A DNA stretch of 64,000 bases, from contig JACRDB010000064.1 of NCBI GenBank assembly GCA_016218725.1, positions 898-64,897 of the forward strand. Direction: 5' to 3'. Positions 29,718-39,400 of the stretch are shown here, one piece after another. The notes beneath the pieces are model-generated. The model saw only the letters and a program-made list of their open reading frames with translations, was not told where the DNA came from and searched no databases. The DNA is from Deltaproteobacteria bacterium (lineage in GTDB: Bacteria; Myxococcota_A; Polyangia; Polyangiales; Ga0077539). The position numbers were made by a program, and so were the translations under genes. Positions within the stretch are counted from its first letter, which is position 1. Each line of letters starts with the position of its first letter.

Positions 29718-30968
29718 TCACCGCCCCGCGGGCGAGGCCTCGTCCGGCGGGGATGGCTCCGAGGCGCGCTCCTGCTGCCAGCGCCAGAGGACGAAGTCGT
29801 CAGAGAGGTGGAGCCCCGCGAGCGCGTCCCATGCGACGCCCCCTGCGCGGGCCACGGGCATGTACACGTAGACGAAGCGCCTCCAGTAGTACACGCGCCA
29901 GTCGACTCCCTCCGACCCTGGCCAGTACCGACTGCTCCCCTCGACCGTCACCGCCGCACCGGTGATTCGCCGGATCTCCCCGGCGAGGTGCGCGGCCACG
30001 TCCCGCGGCCGATGGCGCTCGTGCACCTCGATCACTGAGTCGGCGTAGCCGTGCATCATCTCCGTCTTGCCCTTGCCGCCGCCCGCGAGGAGCGCCCCGA
30101 AGAGTGAGGGCATCTCCTCCTCGCCGTCGAGCCGCAGGGAGGGGAGGAAGGCGACGCGGCGGTCGGCGGGGGTCAGGCGGAGGCGGAGCTCCACGCAGGA
30201 ATCGCGCTGCCGCATGCGGAGCGGACCGCAGAGGATCCACCCGCCGCCCTCGGTGGCGCGCTTGGAGAAGGCCACCTCGGCGTCGGCGGCGCACTGCATC
30301 AGCGTACGGTTGGCGGCGAGCGGGCTCCAGAGCTCGCCCACCAGCGGCACCTCCCCGCCGAGGAGCTCCCAGCGATAGTTCTCGCCGCGCCAGAGCATCG
30401 CCTCCCACAGCCGGAGGGGCGTCGCTTCGAAGCGGCGTGCTGCCGCTGCGATGCGCGCCTCCACCTCGGGGAGCGCGCGGAAGGCGGTGACCTCCTCGGC
30501 CGTGGGCATCTCGTCGAGCGCGCGGGCGAGCCCATCGCAGACGTGGTCGAGGGCCCCGGGGCGCGAGTCGAGGTGCACGCCGTCGAAGCCCACGAGGACG
30601 CTGCGGACGATCGAAGAGAGTTGGGAGGCCTCCATCCACGGATCGGTGCGCCGCGTGTCGTAGAGCCGTCGCCGGTCGGCGTCGTAGAAGAACGAGAAGG
30701 TGAAGCGCCGTAGTAGCGGCGCCACGTCTTCGAAGAGCGCCTCGACCCGCGCCTCGCCCCGCGCGAGGAGCACGAGGATGCCTTGCGCGTCGAGCGTGTA
30801 TTGGTCGGGTCCGTGGCTCCTCCTCGGGTCGGTGCCGAACAGCAGCGGCGTAACGATGAGGTCGGGCGAGACCTCCGCCGTGAAGTGCGACCAGAGCGCG
30901 AGGCACCCCCCTTCGTACCGCGGGAAGTGGACGTTGCGGTCGGTGCCGAAGGGGATTCTGCGCGCCAT
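29718..30968 (-). CDS. Hypothetical protein (416 aa), no family recognised
   Basis: The globular, aromatic-rich portion of the 486-aa ORF begins at the ATG at 30968 (MARRIPFGTDRN). The upstream part looks spurious. Confidence 0.65.
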   Translation of the reverse strand: MARRIPFGTDRNVHFPRYEGGCLALWSHFTAEVSPDLIVTPLLFGTDPRRSHGPDQYTLDAQGILVLLARGEARVEALFEDVAPLLRRFTFSFFYDADRRRLYDTRRTDPWMEASQLSSIVRSVLVGFDGVHLDSRPGALDHVCDGLARALDEMPTAEEVTAFRALPEVEARIAAAARRFEATPLRLWEAMLWRGENYRWELLGGEVPLVGELWSPLAANRTLMQCAADAEVAFSKRATEGGGWILCGPLRMRQRDSCVELRLRLTPADRRVAFLPSLRLDGEEEMPSLFGALLAGGGKGKTEMMHGYADSVIEVHERHRPRDVAAHLAGEIRRITGAAVTVEGSSRYWPGSEGVDWRVYYWRRFVYVYMPVARAGGVAWDALAGLHLSDDFVLWRWQQERASEPSPPDEASPAGR

Positions 30969-31023
30969 TTCGCGAGTGTACCTCAGGCCGCGCGCGGCTA
31001 CGATCCGGGGCGGCACTGAGGCG

Positions 31024-31434
31024 CTACAGGCGCTCGTAGAAGGCGTTCGTGCCGAGGTGCCGGAGGTACTCCCTCGCGAGGCGGGCGAGCGAGCCGTGGT
31101 CGAGCCAGCGCCAGGACACCTCACCGCGGAAGACGAAGCGTCCAAGGGAGTAGGTGCCCGGCTTCGCTTCCGGCACATACATCAGGACCGCCGTGTAGCT
31201 TCGCCGGGGAGACGCCGCCTCGCGCGACGGATCCACCGGGAAGCCAAGCTTCGCCATGAACCGCCGAGCGGTGGGACCGTGCGCACCCGCAGCGGGGGTT
31301 GACCCGGACGTGTACCTCGTGGAGCCCGCGCCGGGGTCCTCGGTGGTCGGTGGCGTCTGCGCCGAAGCCTCGCCCGCCAGGGCGAGCGCCGTCGCCGCCA
31401 GGAGCGACCATGAGTGCGTCGTGGGTCGGTGCAT
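31024..31434 (-). CDS. Small secreted hypothetical protein
   Basis: Signal peptide WSLLAATALALAGEASA followed by a compact C-terminal domain. Confidence 0.55.
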   Translation of the reverse strand: MHRPTTHSWSLLAATALALAGEASAQTPPTTEDPGAGSTRYTSGSTPAAGAHGPTARRFMAKLGFPVDPSREAASPRRSYTAVLMYVPEAKPGTYSLGRFVFRGEVSWRWLDHGSLARLAREYLRHLGTNAFYERL

Positions 31435-31536
31435 GATGGCTCGCGCCAAGCATAGCGGACTCCGCCCTGTGCCAACGCTCCAACACGCCCGAGAACCCAG
31501 AAATGTACGATGTGGGTGAGTGTGGGATGGCCGTTG

Positions 31537-32250
31537 CTATGCCCTGGCGCCGGAGACCACCAGCGCCGCGGCCACTACCATTGCCGCGAGCTCGAAGCGC
31601 CGGAGCTGGTGGGCCTTCACCACGCCTCGGAGCTGGTCTCCGAGCACGTTGCCCAGGAGGAGCGCCGCGGTCATGAGCGCAGCGTTGGCGACCATCGCCG
31701 CCACGAAGGACCCGCCGACGCCGTAACCTACGAGCCTGCCGCTGTTGAGCGCGAGCGCCACCGCCGCCGTGGAGCCCGCCAGGGCCTCGCCGGTGAGGCC
31801 CGCGGAGACGAGCACCGGGGTGAGGAGCACGCCGGCGCCCCCCGACGTGGCGCCGAACGCTCCGATCACCACGCCCGCGGGGGCGTAGGCCCCCACGGGC
31901 ACACGCAGCCGCACCCAGCCGAGGCCACGGGCCAGCGCTAGCGCCGTCGCGAAGACCAGCAGCGCGCGCAGGAGGAGCGTCGGCGCGTGGACCGCGTAGG
32001 CCCCGGCCAGGACGCTCGCGGGCAGCACCGCCGCCGCGAGGCGCAGCACCACCGGGCGCGCGAGCGTCGCGCGGTACATCCACGCCCGGTGGATGTTCGC
32101 TACGGCCAGCGCCGGAGCGCTCATCACCAGCGCCTCGCGGGGCCCGAGCGCCGCCGAGAGGGCCAGGAGCGCCAGGAGCCCTCCGCCCTGGCCCGCTAGC
32201 GTAGAGACCGCCCCGGCCACCAGCCCACATACCAGAACCAACAGCACCAT
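31537..32250 (-). CDS. TauE/SafE (TSUP) family membrane exporter
   Basis: MVLLVLVCGLVAGAVSTLAGQGGG and GATSGGAGVLLTP; about 8 TM segments; divergent from a LysR gene. Confidence 0.85.
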   Translation of the reverse strand: MVLLVLVCGLVAGAVSTLAGQGGGLLALLALSAALGPREALVMSAPALAVANIHRAWMYRATLARPVVLRLAAAVLPASVLAGAYAVHAPTLLLRALLVFATALALARGLGWVRLRVPVGAYAPAGVVIGAFGATSGGAGVLLTPVLVSAGLTGEALAGSTAAVALALNSGRLVGYGVGGSFVAAMVANAALMTAALLLGNVLGDQLRGVVKAHQLRRFELAAMVVAAALVVSGARA

Positions 32251-32289
32251 GACCTCAACGTGGGGCCGCCGAGGCCATACGTCGAATGA

Positions 32290-32323
32290 ATGTTTCTCGC
32301 GGTCATGATAACTTCTGTCTATG
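32290..32323. repeat. 34-bp direct repeat, copy 1 (contains an LTTR-type box)
   Basis: ATGTTTCTCGCGGTCATGATAACTTCTGTCTATG is identical to 33082-33115 and contains ATA-N9-TAT (T-N11-A). Confidence 0.95.
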
Positions 32324-32396
32324 CCACCCGCAGCTCCGCTCCGAGCGCGCGCCTCGCGCTGGCGAGGGGCACCCCGTCGACGTACAAGGAGGGCCC

Positions 32397-32629
32397 GTGA
32401 CCACGAGGAAGCGCAGCCACCTGGGGAAGGCGGGTCATCACGCGGTGATGGCGGAGTTCCTCCTCCGCGGCTGGAACGTCGCGATCCCGGAGGTAGATGT
32501 CGGCGAGGACCTCTTCGTCGTCGACGACAACGCCGATCGCGTGACCCGCGTCCAGGTAAAGACAACGGAGCAGATCGCCCGAGGCAGCGGCAGGACGCTC
32601 GCGAAGTACGGCGGCATCTCACGGAATCA
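32397..32629 (+). pseudogene. Truncated PD-(D/E)xK endonuclease
   Basis: RBS AGGAGG and GTG start. GKAGHHAVMAEFLLRGWNVAIPEVDVGEDLFVV...RVQVKT carries the G-x-D...QVK core. The frame continues to 32771 but only as antisense of the next gene. Confidence 0.65.
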
Positions 32630-32956
32630 GCGTCGGGCCGGGGGCCACTGCCAGAGCACGCGGTCGCTCCCCGGCTCCCTGACCTCGATGCCCCCGAGCT
32701 TCTCGAGGTCTGCGAGGGGGAGCCCCGTGAGGAGGGGGGCGGCCTGGCCGAACACCTCGCCGAGCAGTTGATCGACCACGTCCTGGGCGTCAAAGGCGAT
32801 CGTGATCCGCGATGGGAGTCGGGTCTCCGGGTGGGCCTGCTTGAGCCTCCGCCCGCTGAACGGGTGGAGGGCGTAGGTGTAGTTGTCGAAGCCCCTCGTG
32901 GCGTACACCACGAGCGGTGTCGGGAGCGTGTCGACGAGTTCAGCGTGCGCGCCCAT
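32627..32956 (-). CDS. Small hypothetical protein (109 aa)
   Basis: ATG with a GAGGT RBS and normal globular composition. Lies inside the direct-repeat cassette. Confidence 0.6.
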   Translation of the reverse strand: MGAHAELVDTLPTPLVVYATRGFDNYTYALHPFSGRRLKQAHPETRLPSRITIAFDAQDVVDQLLGEVFGQAAPLLTGLPLADLEKLGGIEVREPGSDRVLWQWPPARR

Positions 32957-33081
32957 CGGGGAACCTCAAATGGAACTATCCCCCTGGCGCTCCACCAACG
33001 CAAGGCTGCCCTGCGCCCGAGACCGCCCGCAGGCCCCCAGAGCATCGGTAGGGCCGCCGCTACCGGTCATACAGAGCGCGG

Positions 33082-33115
33082 ATGTTTCTCGCGGTCATGA
33101 TAACTTCTGTCTATG
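33082..33115. repeat. 34-bp direct repeat, copy 2 (ends in the LysR start codon)
   Basis: Identical to 32290-32323. The final ATG (33113-33115) is the LysR start. Confidence 0.95.
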
Positions 33116-33964
33116 TTCGACCTGTTCCGGTACTTCACCCTCGCCTGCGAGGAGCGGTCGTTCACCCGGGCCGCGCGGCGCGCCCACATCACGCAGCCCG
33201 CCCTCTCCGCGGCCATCGCCAGGCTGGAGTCCGAGCTCGGCGCCGAGCTCCTCCGGAGGGACCGCGGGGGCGTCGGCCCCACCGCCGCCGGAGAGGCGCT
33301 CCTGCCGCGCGCCCTGGCCGCGCTCGCCGCCGTGGAGGACGCCCGCCGCGCCGTGGCCGAGGTGCGGGACGTCCGCGCGGGACGCGTGCGCGTCGGGGGC
33401 GGGGCGACGGTGTGCGCGTACTACCTCCCGCCCGTCCTGGCCGCGTTCCGCGAGGCCCACCCCGGCGTCAAGCTCCTGGTGCGCGAGGGCACCAGCGAGG
33501 GCACCCAGGCCGCGGTCCTCGCGGGCGAACTGGACCTCGGGGTGATCACCGTCCCCCACGGCGAGCTCTGGCGCGAGGACGAGATGATCCTCGTGGCCGC
33601 CCCGGAGACCGACGCGAAGCGCGCGGCCTTCGTCACCTTTCCCCCGGGGGCCACCATCCGTGACGCGCTGGATCAGCACTTCCCCGAGGTGGACATCGTC
33701 ATGGAGCTGTCGGGCATCGCCTCGGTGATCGAGCACGCCGCCCCGGGCCTCGGGGTCGCGCTCGTGTCCCGCGTCAGCGTCGAGGACGCCCTGGCCGACG
33801 GCGCCCTGGTCGAGGTCCGGGACCCGAGGACGCCCCTGCGCAGGCCCCTCAAGATCGTCCACCGCGGCGTGGATCAGCTCTCCCCCGCGGCCGCTGCGCT
33901 CCGAAAGCTCCTCCTGGCCTCGCGCACCGTACGCCGCCGCAGGCACCGCCGCGCCCGCGGTTGA
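33113..33964 (+). CDS. LysR-family transcriptional regulator
   Basis: FRYFTLACEERSFTRAARRAHITQPALSAAIARLESELGAELLRR, followed by a substrate-binding domain. Confidence 0.95.
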   Translation: MFDLFRYFTLACEERSFTRAARRAHITQPALSAAIARLESELGAELLRRDRGGVGPTAAGEALLPRALAALAAVEDARRAVAEVRDVRAGRVRVGGGATVCAYYLPPVLAAFREAHPGVKLLVREGTSEGTQAAVLAGELDLGVITVPHGELWREDEMILVAAPETDAKRAAFVTFPPGATIRDALDQHFPEVDIVMELSGIASVIEHAAPGLGVALVSRVSVEDALADGALVEVRDPRTPLRRPLKIVHRGVDQLSPAAAALRKLLLASRTVRRRRHRRARG

Positions 33965-33968
33965 GCGC

Positions 33969-36575
33969 CTACCGCGAAAAGAACACCGGGTTGGACACCC
34001 CGAAGGGCCTCTTGCGGAAATACACCTGGTCCATCGCGCGGTCGCCGTGGGCCGCCACGATGGCCCAGGAGCCACCCTCGGCCACCGCGACATCAAAGGT
34101 CCCTCGGAAGCGCACCGAAGGGTCCATCGGGTCCGTGACCCCAAAGGCCGCCAGGGGGCGCGTCTCCACGGAGCGCCCGTCCACAAGCAACTCCACCCGG
34201 TCCGCGGAGATCCACCGGGCCGCCCGGGCCTCGACCTCGAGCCTCGCCGTGGGCCCGGTCCCGGTGGCCTCCTCGCCGGGGCCTCGGCCCCCAGGGCCTC
34301 GCACCGTGAGGTAGATCCCGCCGGTGATCACGCTGCGCCCGCGGGCCACGGCGTCCCTCACCTGCTCCGGGGTCACCGCCCTCACGTCGTCGGTGCCCAG
34401 CGCGAGGCACGTCCGGGGCCACCCCACGGCCTGCCCGGGGTTCATCGAGTGCGAGTCGCTGGAGCCCACCGCGAAGACCCTCCGGCGGCTCCTCAGGAGC
34501 GCGAACCAGTCCTGCACGAGCCCGTCCCGCTGGCTCTCGAAGTCCCGCTCGTTGAAGAATTCCACCGCCGTAAACGCCGTGTCCCACATGCGCTCCAGGC
34601 CCACTCCCGAGTCCCGATCGAACCTCGCCATATCGAAATAGTTGGTCCCCCCGCGCGGGTGATTGATGATGATCGTGGGCGCCGTGTCCCTCCGGCGCAC
34701 CTCCGCGAAGAGCTCCAGCGGCGTGCGGTTGGCCCACTCAAACGCCCCCCCGTTGCGCGCCGTGGGGTCCGGCCTCAAGGGCACCACCCCGAAGTGCCCG
34801 TAGGTGAAGGTCGTCAGCTCCAGCGAGCCGATGCCGCGCACCCAGCGCCGAAGCCCCAGCGCGTCGATCTCCGGCTCGAAGTCCGCCACGAACTCGTGGT
34901 CGCTCCGGACCCCGAGCCCCAGGCCCTCCCCGGCGATGGCGGCGACCTTGAGCCTCACGCTGTCCTCGGCGTCCGGCGAGCGCCAGGTATGAATGTGGAA
35001 ATCCCCGCAGAGGGAGCCCGGGTGGCGCACCGTGCGCCGCAGCCTCACGGCCCGCTCCGCCGTGGCCCCGGCGGTCACCTCCACCTCGCCCTCGTCAAGC
35101 TCCCAGGCGAAGCCCCGAGACACCAGCACCCGGTGCCTCCCCACCGGCAGCCGCAGCCGCAGGTCGCCCGTGTGCGGGAACTCAATGGCCTCGCGTCCCT
35201 CGCCGGGGGTGCGCTCGCCCCAGAGCGCGCCCGGGGACGGCGCGCTCCCCATCGCGGGCAGCACCTGCACCCGCGTCGGCAGAGCCTCCCCGGAGGTGTC
35301 ATCAGTCACCGTGAGGTGCAAGGTCCCCGTGGGGGAGAGCGAGAGGTCCCGGGCTCCCTGGTCGGCGCCCACCATCACGGGCCCGGCGTCCCGATCCCCG
35401 GAGCGCCAGGAGTGCAGCTCCACCGCGAAGCCCGACGGGACATTCACCGCGTAGCGCCCCTGGGCGTCGGTGGTCGCGCGGGTGAGGTACTGGGAGAGCG
35501 TAGGCTCCAGCGCGTGGACGTGCACCCCCTCGGCGGGCGTCCCGTCGGCGTTGCGCACGACCCCGCGGATTTCTCGCAGGGTGGTGCTCGCCTCCCGCGC
35601 CAGGGCCACCACCAGCCCGTCGAGCCCGGTGCCCCCCACCACCAGGTCCCCCACGGCGCGGCGCGTGGCCGCGCACGCAGGCAACCGGAACGGGGCGGAG
35701 CCCAGGCCGTCGAAGCCCGACTCGGCCACCAGGAGCCTCAGGGGCCCGTCCGCCGCGCGCCACGCGTAGGACATCCCGAGGTCGTCCACGAAGGCCACCG
35801 CCGGGATGTCCTCGCCGTTGGGGAGGCCCCGGAAGCCCTGGCCGGGGAGAAACAGCGGCATGCGGTCGCGCTGGAAGAACGCGTGGGCGCTCACGGTGAC
35901 GTTCACCGGGTACGCCCGCGTCACCGCGTACGTGGCGTACACCCGCACGTGGTCCGAGCCCGGGGCGAGCTCGTAGTCCATCGCCGCCTCGATGTCCGTG
36001 AAGTCTCCCGGGGCGAGGCTCCGAGCGAACTCATCGAGGAAGGGCACCGGGCGGAGCATCCCCACCGCGCGCACCACCGCGGGGCCCCCGTCGGAGCCGT
36101 CCCGGAGCACCGTCACGCTCCGGGCCTCCACCGAGTGGCGCCCCACGGCGTACGTCACCTCGTTGAAATCCGCCGCGTCTACCAGCCTCCCGTCGGACAC
36201 CCGGGCGATGCCCACCAGCTTGCCCCCCCAGGGGTCGTAGAGCTCGCTCCGGCGCGCGGCCTCGATGAGCACCGCGAAGCGCTCGTTGGCCAGCACCAGG
36301 TCCCCGGCCCTCCAGGTGGCCAGCCCCGTGCGGTCCCGCGGGAGGTCCGGCTCCCCGAGGCGCCCGGCCCTGGCCTGCCCGGCCTGCACCGCGAGGGGCC
36401 TGGCGTGGCCGTCCCGGGAGCCCTCCTCCAGGGTGAAGGTGCGCTCGCAGGTGGCCACCTCCTCGGGCACCGCGTCCATCCTGGCCAGGTCGTTGGCCGC
36501 GTCCCGCGGCGCAGGATCGTCGGTGCAGCCGTACATCACGGACGTTATTGCAACAACGTTGAAGCCTCGCCTCAT
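33969..36575 (-). CDS. CehA/McbA-family PHP-like metallohydrolase lipoprotein
   Basis: Start at the ATG at 36575 (ATGA overlap with the amidase stop). Lipobox VMYGC. GDFHIHT, SDH, INHP and VGSSDSH motifs, preceded by a carboxypeptidase-regulatory-like domain. Confidence 0.8.
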   Translation of the reverse strand: MRRGFNVVAITSVMYGCTDDPAPRDAANDLARMDAVPEEVATCERTFTLEEGSRDGHARPLAVQAGQARAGRLGEPDLPRDRTGLATWRAGDLVLANERFAVLIEAARRSELYDPWGGKLVGIARVSDGRLVDAADFNEVTYAVGRHSVEARSVTVLRDGSDGGPAVVRAVGMLRPVPFLDEFARSLAPGDFTDIEAAMDYELAPGSDHVRVYATYAVTRAYPVNVTVSAHAFFQRDRMPLFLPGQGFRGLPNGEDIPAVAFVDDLGMSYAWRAADGPLRLLVAESGFDGLGSAPFRLPACAATRRAVGDLVVGGTGLDGLVVALAREASTTLREIRGVVRNADGTPAEGVHVHALEPTLSQYLTRATTDAQGRYAVNVPSGFAVELHSWRSGDRDAGPVMVGADQGARDLSLSPTGTLHLTVTDDTSGEALPTRVQVLPAMGSAPSPGALWGERTPGEGREAIEFPHTGDLRLRLPVGRHRVLVSRGFAWELDEGEVEVTAGATAERAVRLRRTVRHPGSLCGDFHIHTWRSPDAEDSVRLKVAAIAGEGLGLGVRSDHEFVADFEPEIDALGLRRWVRGIGSLELTTFTYGHFGVVPLRPDPTARNGGAFEWANRTPLELFAEVRRRDTAPTIIINHPRGGTNYFDMARFDRDSGVGLERMWDTAFTAVEFFNERDFESQRDGLVQDWFALLRSRRRVFAVGSSDSHSMNPGQAVGWPRTCLALGTDDVRAVTPEQVRDAVARGRSVITGGIYLTVRGPGGRGPGEEATGTGPTARLEVEARAARWISADRVELLVDGRSVETRPLAAFGVTDPMDPSVRFRGTFDVAVAEGGSWAIVAAHGDRAMDQVYFRKRPFGVSNPVFFSR

Positions 36576-38002
36576 GGGGACACCCAGCCTCCGAAGTCTT
36601 CCTCGAGCATCCTGGCCACGGCGAGGCCAAGGTGGTCCCTCCCGTGGCCCGCCACCACCTGCACCCCGAGGGGCAGCCCCCGGCGATCGAGCCCGAGGGG
36701 CACCTGGGTGGAGGGCGCCTCCAGCGCGTTGAAGATCCCCGTGTAGGCCCAGTGCACGGGCGGCAGGAACGGCCGGTGGTGCTTCGGGGCCACCCGGGTG
36801 TGCGAGGGGAAGAGCAGCACCCCGCGGTCCCCGAGGAGCTCCCGGAGCTCCCCCTGGAGCCTCCGGGCGCGCTCCACCATGGTCGCGATGCGGCCCGGGA
36901 AGAGCGCCGGGACCTTCTCCACCGCGGCCAGCCCCAGCGACGGCAGCGTGTGCTCCGAGCGCCCCAGGAGCCACTTTGCCAGCTCCCGCCCCGTGGCGAT
37001 GGCCGTTCCCTCGCCCAGGAGCTCCGCGTAGGAGGGCCCTCCCGCCGCGTGCATCCTCGCGCTCCAGAGCTCCAGGGCCGCGCGCAGGGCCGGCAGCGCC
37101 GTGCGCCGCACCGTGGCCCCGCGGCGCTCCAGCGCGCGCGCCGCGCGCTCCTGGGCCTCCAGGAGCTCACCCTCCACGGGCAGGAGGAGCCTCTCGCGGC
37201 AGTCGTACACCGTGAGGTCCGAGGCGCGCACCGCCTCCGGGTCCAGGAGCTCCCCGGGCTCGCAGCCCGGGTCCTGGCCGTCGGGGCCCACAAGCAACCT
37301 CACCAGGAGCCCGAGGTCCTCGGCCTTGCGGCACAGGGGGCCCGTGGAGAGGAGCCTCCAGGCGTCTCCGTGGGGCGTTGGGAAATTGCCCGTGCCCGGG
37401 ATGAGCCCGCCGGTGGCCTTGTGGCCAAAGACTCCATTGAAGAACGCCGGCATGCGAATGGACCCGCCGATGTCCGCCCCGAGGCCGAAGGGCGCGCACC
37501 CGGAGCCCACCATCGCGCCCTCGCCGCCGGAGCTGCCCCCCGCGGTGCGGGTGGGGTCATAGGCGTTGCCCGTGCGGCCGTACACACGGTTGGAGCTCTC
37601 CATCCACATGCAGAGCTCCGAGGTGTTGGTGACCCCCAGGGGGATCGCCCCCGCCGCCCGCCAGCGCGCCACCGTGGGCGCGTCCCGCGTGGCCAGCACG
37701 CCCTTCCTGGCCACCAGCCCCGAGGTGTGAGGCATGCCCTTCAGGGCGATGGCTTCCTTGATGGTGCAGGGCACCCCGTGGAGGGGAGGGAGGTCGTCCG
37801 GGCCCTCCCGGGCGAGGCGCTCGTCGGCCGCGAGGGCCTCGGCGCGGGCCTCTTCATAGCGGTCGAAGACCAGGGCGTTGAGCCTGGGGTTCACCTCGCG
37901 GATGCGGTCGATGTGGGCGTCCACCACCTCGCGGCTGGACGCCCTCCCCTGGCGGATCGCCGCCGCCAGGGCCTTTGCTGACATGGTGAGGAGTTCGTTC
38001 AT
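36572..38002 (-). CDS. Amidase signature family enzyme (FAAH2-like)
   Basis: PLHGVPCTIKE, AGGSSGGEG, GADIGGSIRMPA (Lys-Ser-Ser triad). Start at 38002 overlaps the upstream stop. Confidence 0.93.
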   Translation of the reverse strand: MNELLTMSAKALAAAIRQGRASSREVVDAHIDRIREVNPRLNALVFDRYEEARAEALAADERLAREGPDDLPPLHGVPCTIKEAIALKGMPHTSGLVARKGVLATRDAPTVARWRAAGAIPLGVTNTSELCMWMESSNRVYGRTGNAYDPTRTAGGSSGGEGAMVGSGCAPFGLGADIGGSIRMPAFFNGVFGHKATGGLIPGTGNFPTPHGDAWRLLSTGPLCRKAEDLGLLVRLLVGPDGQDPGCEPGELLDPEAVRASDLTVYDCRERLLLPVEGELLEAQERAARALERRGATVRRTALPALRAALELWSARMHAAGGPSYAELLGEGTAIATGRELAKWLLGRSEHTLPSLGLAAVEKVPALFPGRIATMVERARRLQGELRELLGDRGVLLFPSHTRVAPKHHRPFLPPVHWAYTGIFNALEAPSTQVPLGLDRRGLPLGVQVVAGHGRDHLGLAVARMLEEDFGGWVSP

Positions 38003-39369
38003 GGGAGTACCAAGAGCTCCTGGGTGACGCGCTCTGCGCTCTCCAGAGCGCCCTCCAGGAAGCCGTGCCAGTGGGTGGCGGTCTCGGTCCCCGCCCAGTG
38101 GATGCGCCCCTGGGGTCTCCGTAGCACCTGCGCCGCGCCGGCGCTCCACGCGCCCGGGGGGAGCACCCCCACGGGGCAGCCCCGGGTCCAGCGCTCCGCG
38201 GACCAGTCCTGTTCGTGGAAGTGCGTGGCCTCCAGGGCCCTCGGGCCGAACCACCGCGAGAAGCTCTCCAGGACCAGCCTCCGGCGCTCGGCGGGCTGGC
38301 GCGCATGCCACAGCCTCGCCTCGCGGCCCACCACGAAGCCCAGGAGGCACGGCTGGAGCCCGTCGTGCGAGGTGTTGTCAAAGCACACGGTCACCGGGCC
38401 TCCGCCGCAGACGGCCTCGCCGGAGAGGCCCTCGTCGCGCCAGAAGGCGCGGTCGTAGAGGGCCAGGACCTTCACCGTGGCGCCCATCGGGAAGCGCTGG
38501 GTGAGCTGGTCCCGGGCCGCGGGCAGGCCCGGTTCGTAGTCAATCCGCCCCGCCAGCGCGGGCGGCACCGCCACCACCACGCGCCCGGCGCGGTGGTCCC
38601 CGCGGTCCGTGGACACGGTCACGCCGTGGGCGTCCTGGGTGATCCTCCGCGCCGGGGCCGAGAGCACCAGAGCTTCCCCGAGCTTCGCCGCGAGGCGAGG
38701 GCAGAGGCTCCCGGCGCCCTCCACGAAGCGCTCCTGCTGGGCGCCGTTGCGCACCTCCACCAGCCGCAGGAGGCCCCCCGCCGAGCGCAGATAGAACAGA
38801 AAGTGAAGCAGGCTCACCTCCGAGGGCTCCACCCCGAGGATCACCCTCACCGCCGCGGTGAACACGCTCCGGGCGCGCCGGGAGAGGGTCCCGGCGTGGA
38901 GCCAGTCATGGAGGGTGCGGGCGTCCTGGTCCAGGCCGTCCGGGGAGTTCACCGGGTCGTCGAGGACGATCTCTCGCGAGAGGTTCTCGGAGACGCGCAA
39001 GAGGCGCTCCAGGTCCAGCACGCTCCAGGCCGGCAGCGAGGGGATGGTGCCTTTGTACCTCCCGACCTGGCCCCGGACCTCGAGCACCTTCTCGCCGGTG
39101 TCCCAGGTGGGGAAGGTCTCCGCGCCGAGCTCCCTGGCCAGGCGCTGCATCCGGGGCTGCTGGGGGCCGATCCACTGGCCCCCGAGGTCGAACACTCCGC
39201 GCCCGAGGGGGGCGGCCAGGGTGCGGCCCCCCACGCGGTCCCGGGCTTCGAGCACCGCCACCCGGAGGCCCCGGGCCTGGAGGTTTACGGCGCAGGACAG
39301 CCCCGCGAGGCCCGCCCCCACCACGATCACGTCTGCGTCTGCCACGCCGCGATCCTGCCACAGAGTCAC
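37999..39369 (-). CDS. Flavin monoamine oxidase family protein
   Basis: VIVVGAGLAGL, EARDRVGGR, DLGGQWIGPQQ, IHWAGTETA, GFLEGALES. Alternative start at the GTG at 39345. Confidence 0.93.
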   Translation of the reverse strand: MTLWQDRGVADADVIVVGAGLAGLSCAVNLQARGLRVAVLEARDRVGGRTLAAPLGRGVFDLGGQWIGPQQPRMQRLARELGAETFPTWDTGEKVLEVRGQVGRYKGTIPSLPAWSVLDLERLLRVSENLSREIVLDDPVNSPDGLDQDARTLHDWLHAGTLSRRARSVFTAAVRVILGVEPSEVSLLHFLFYLRSAGGLLRLVEVRNGAQQERFVEGAGSLCPRLAAKLGEALVLSAPARRITQDAHGVTVSTDRGDHRAGRVVVAVPPALAGRIDYEPGLPAARDQLTQRFPMGATVKVLALYDRAFWRDEGLSGEAVCGGGPVTVCFDNTSHDGLQPCLLGFVVGREARLWHARQPAERRRLVLESFSRWFGPRALEATHFHEQDWSAERWTRGCPVGVLPPGAWSAGAAQVLRRPQGRIHWAGTETATHWHGFLEGALESAERVTQELLVLP

Positions 39370-39400
39370 GGCCCGCTGGGCCTCCCTGGCGAAGGGGAGG

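Noticed and set aside
32630-32771. C-terminal extension of the PD-(D/E)xK ORF as a full-length nuclease
   Set aside because: This part is simply the antisense of the 32627..32956 gene and has no nuclease-like character.
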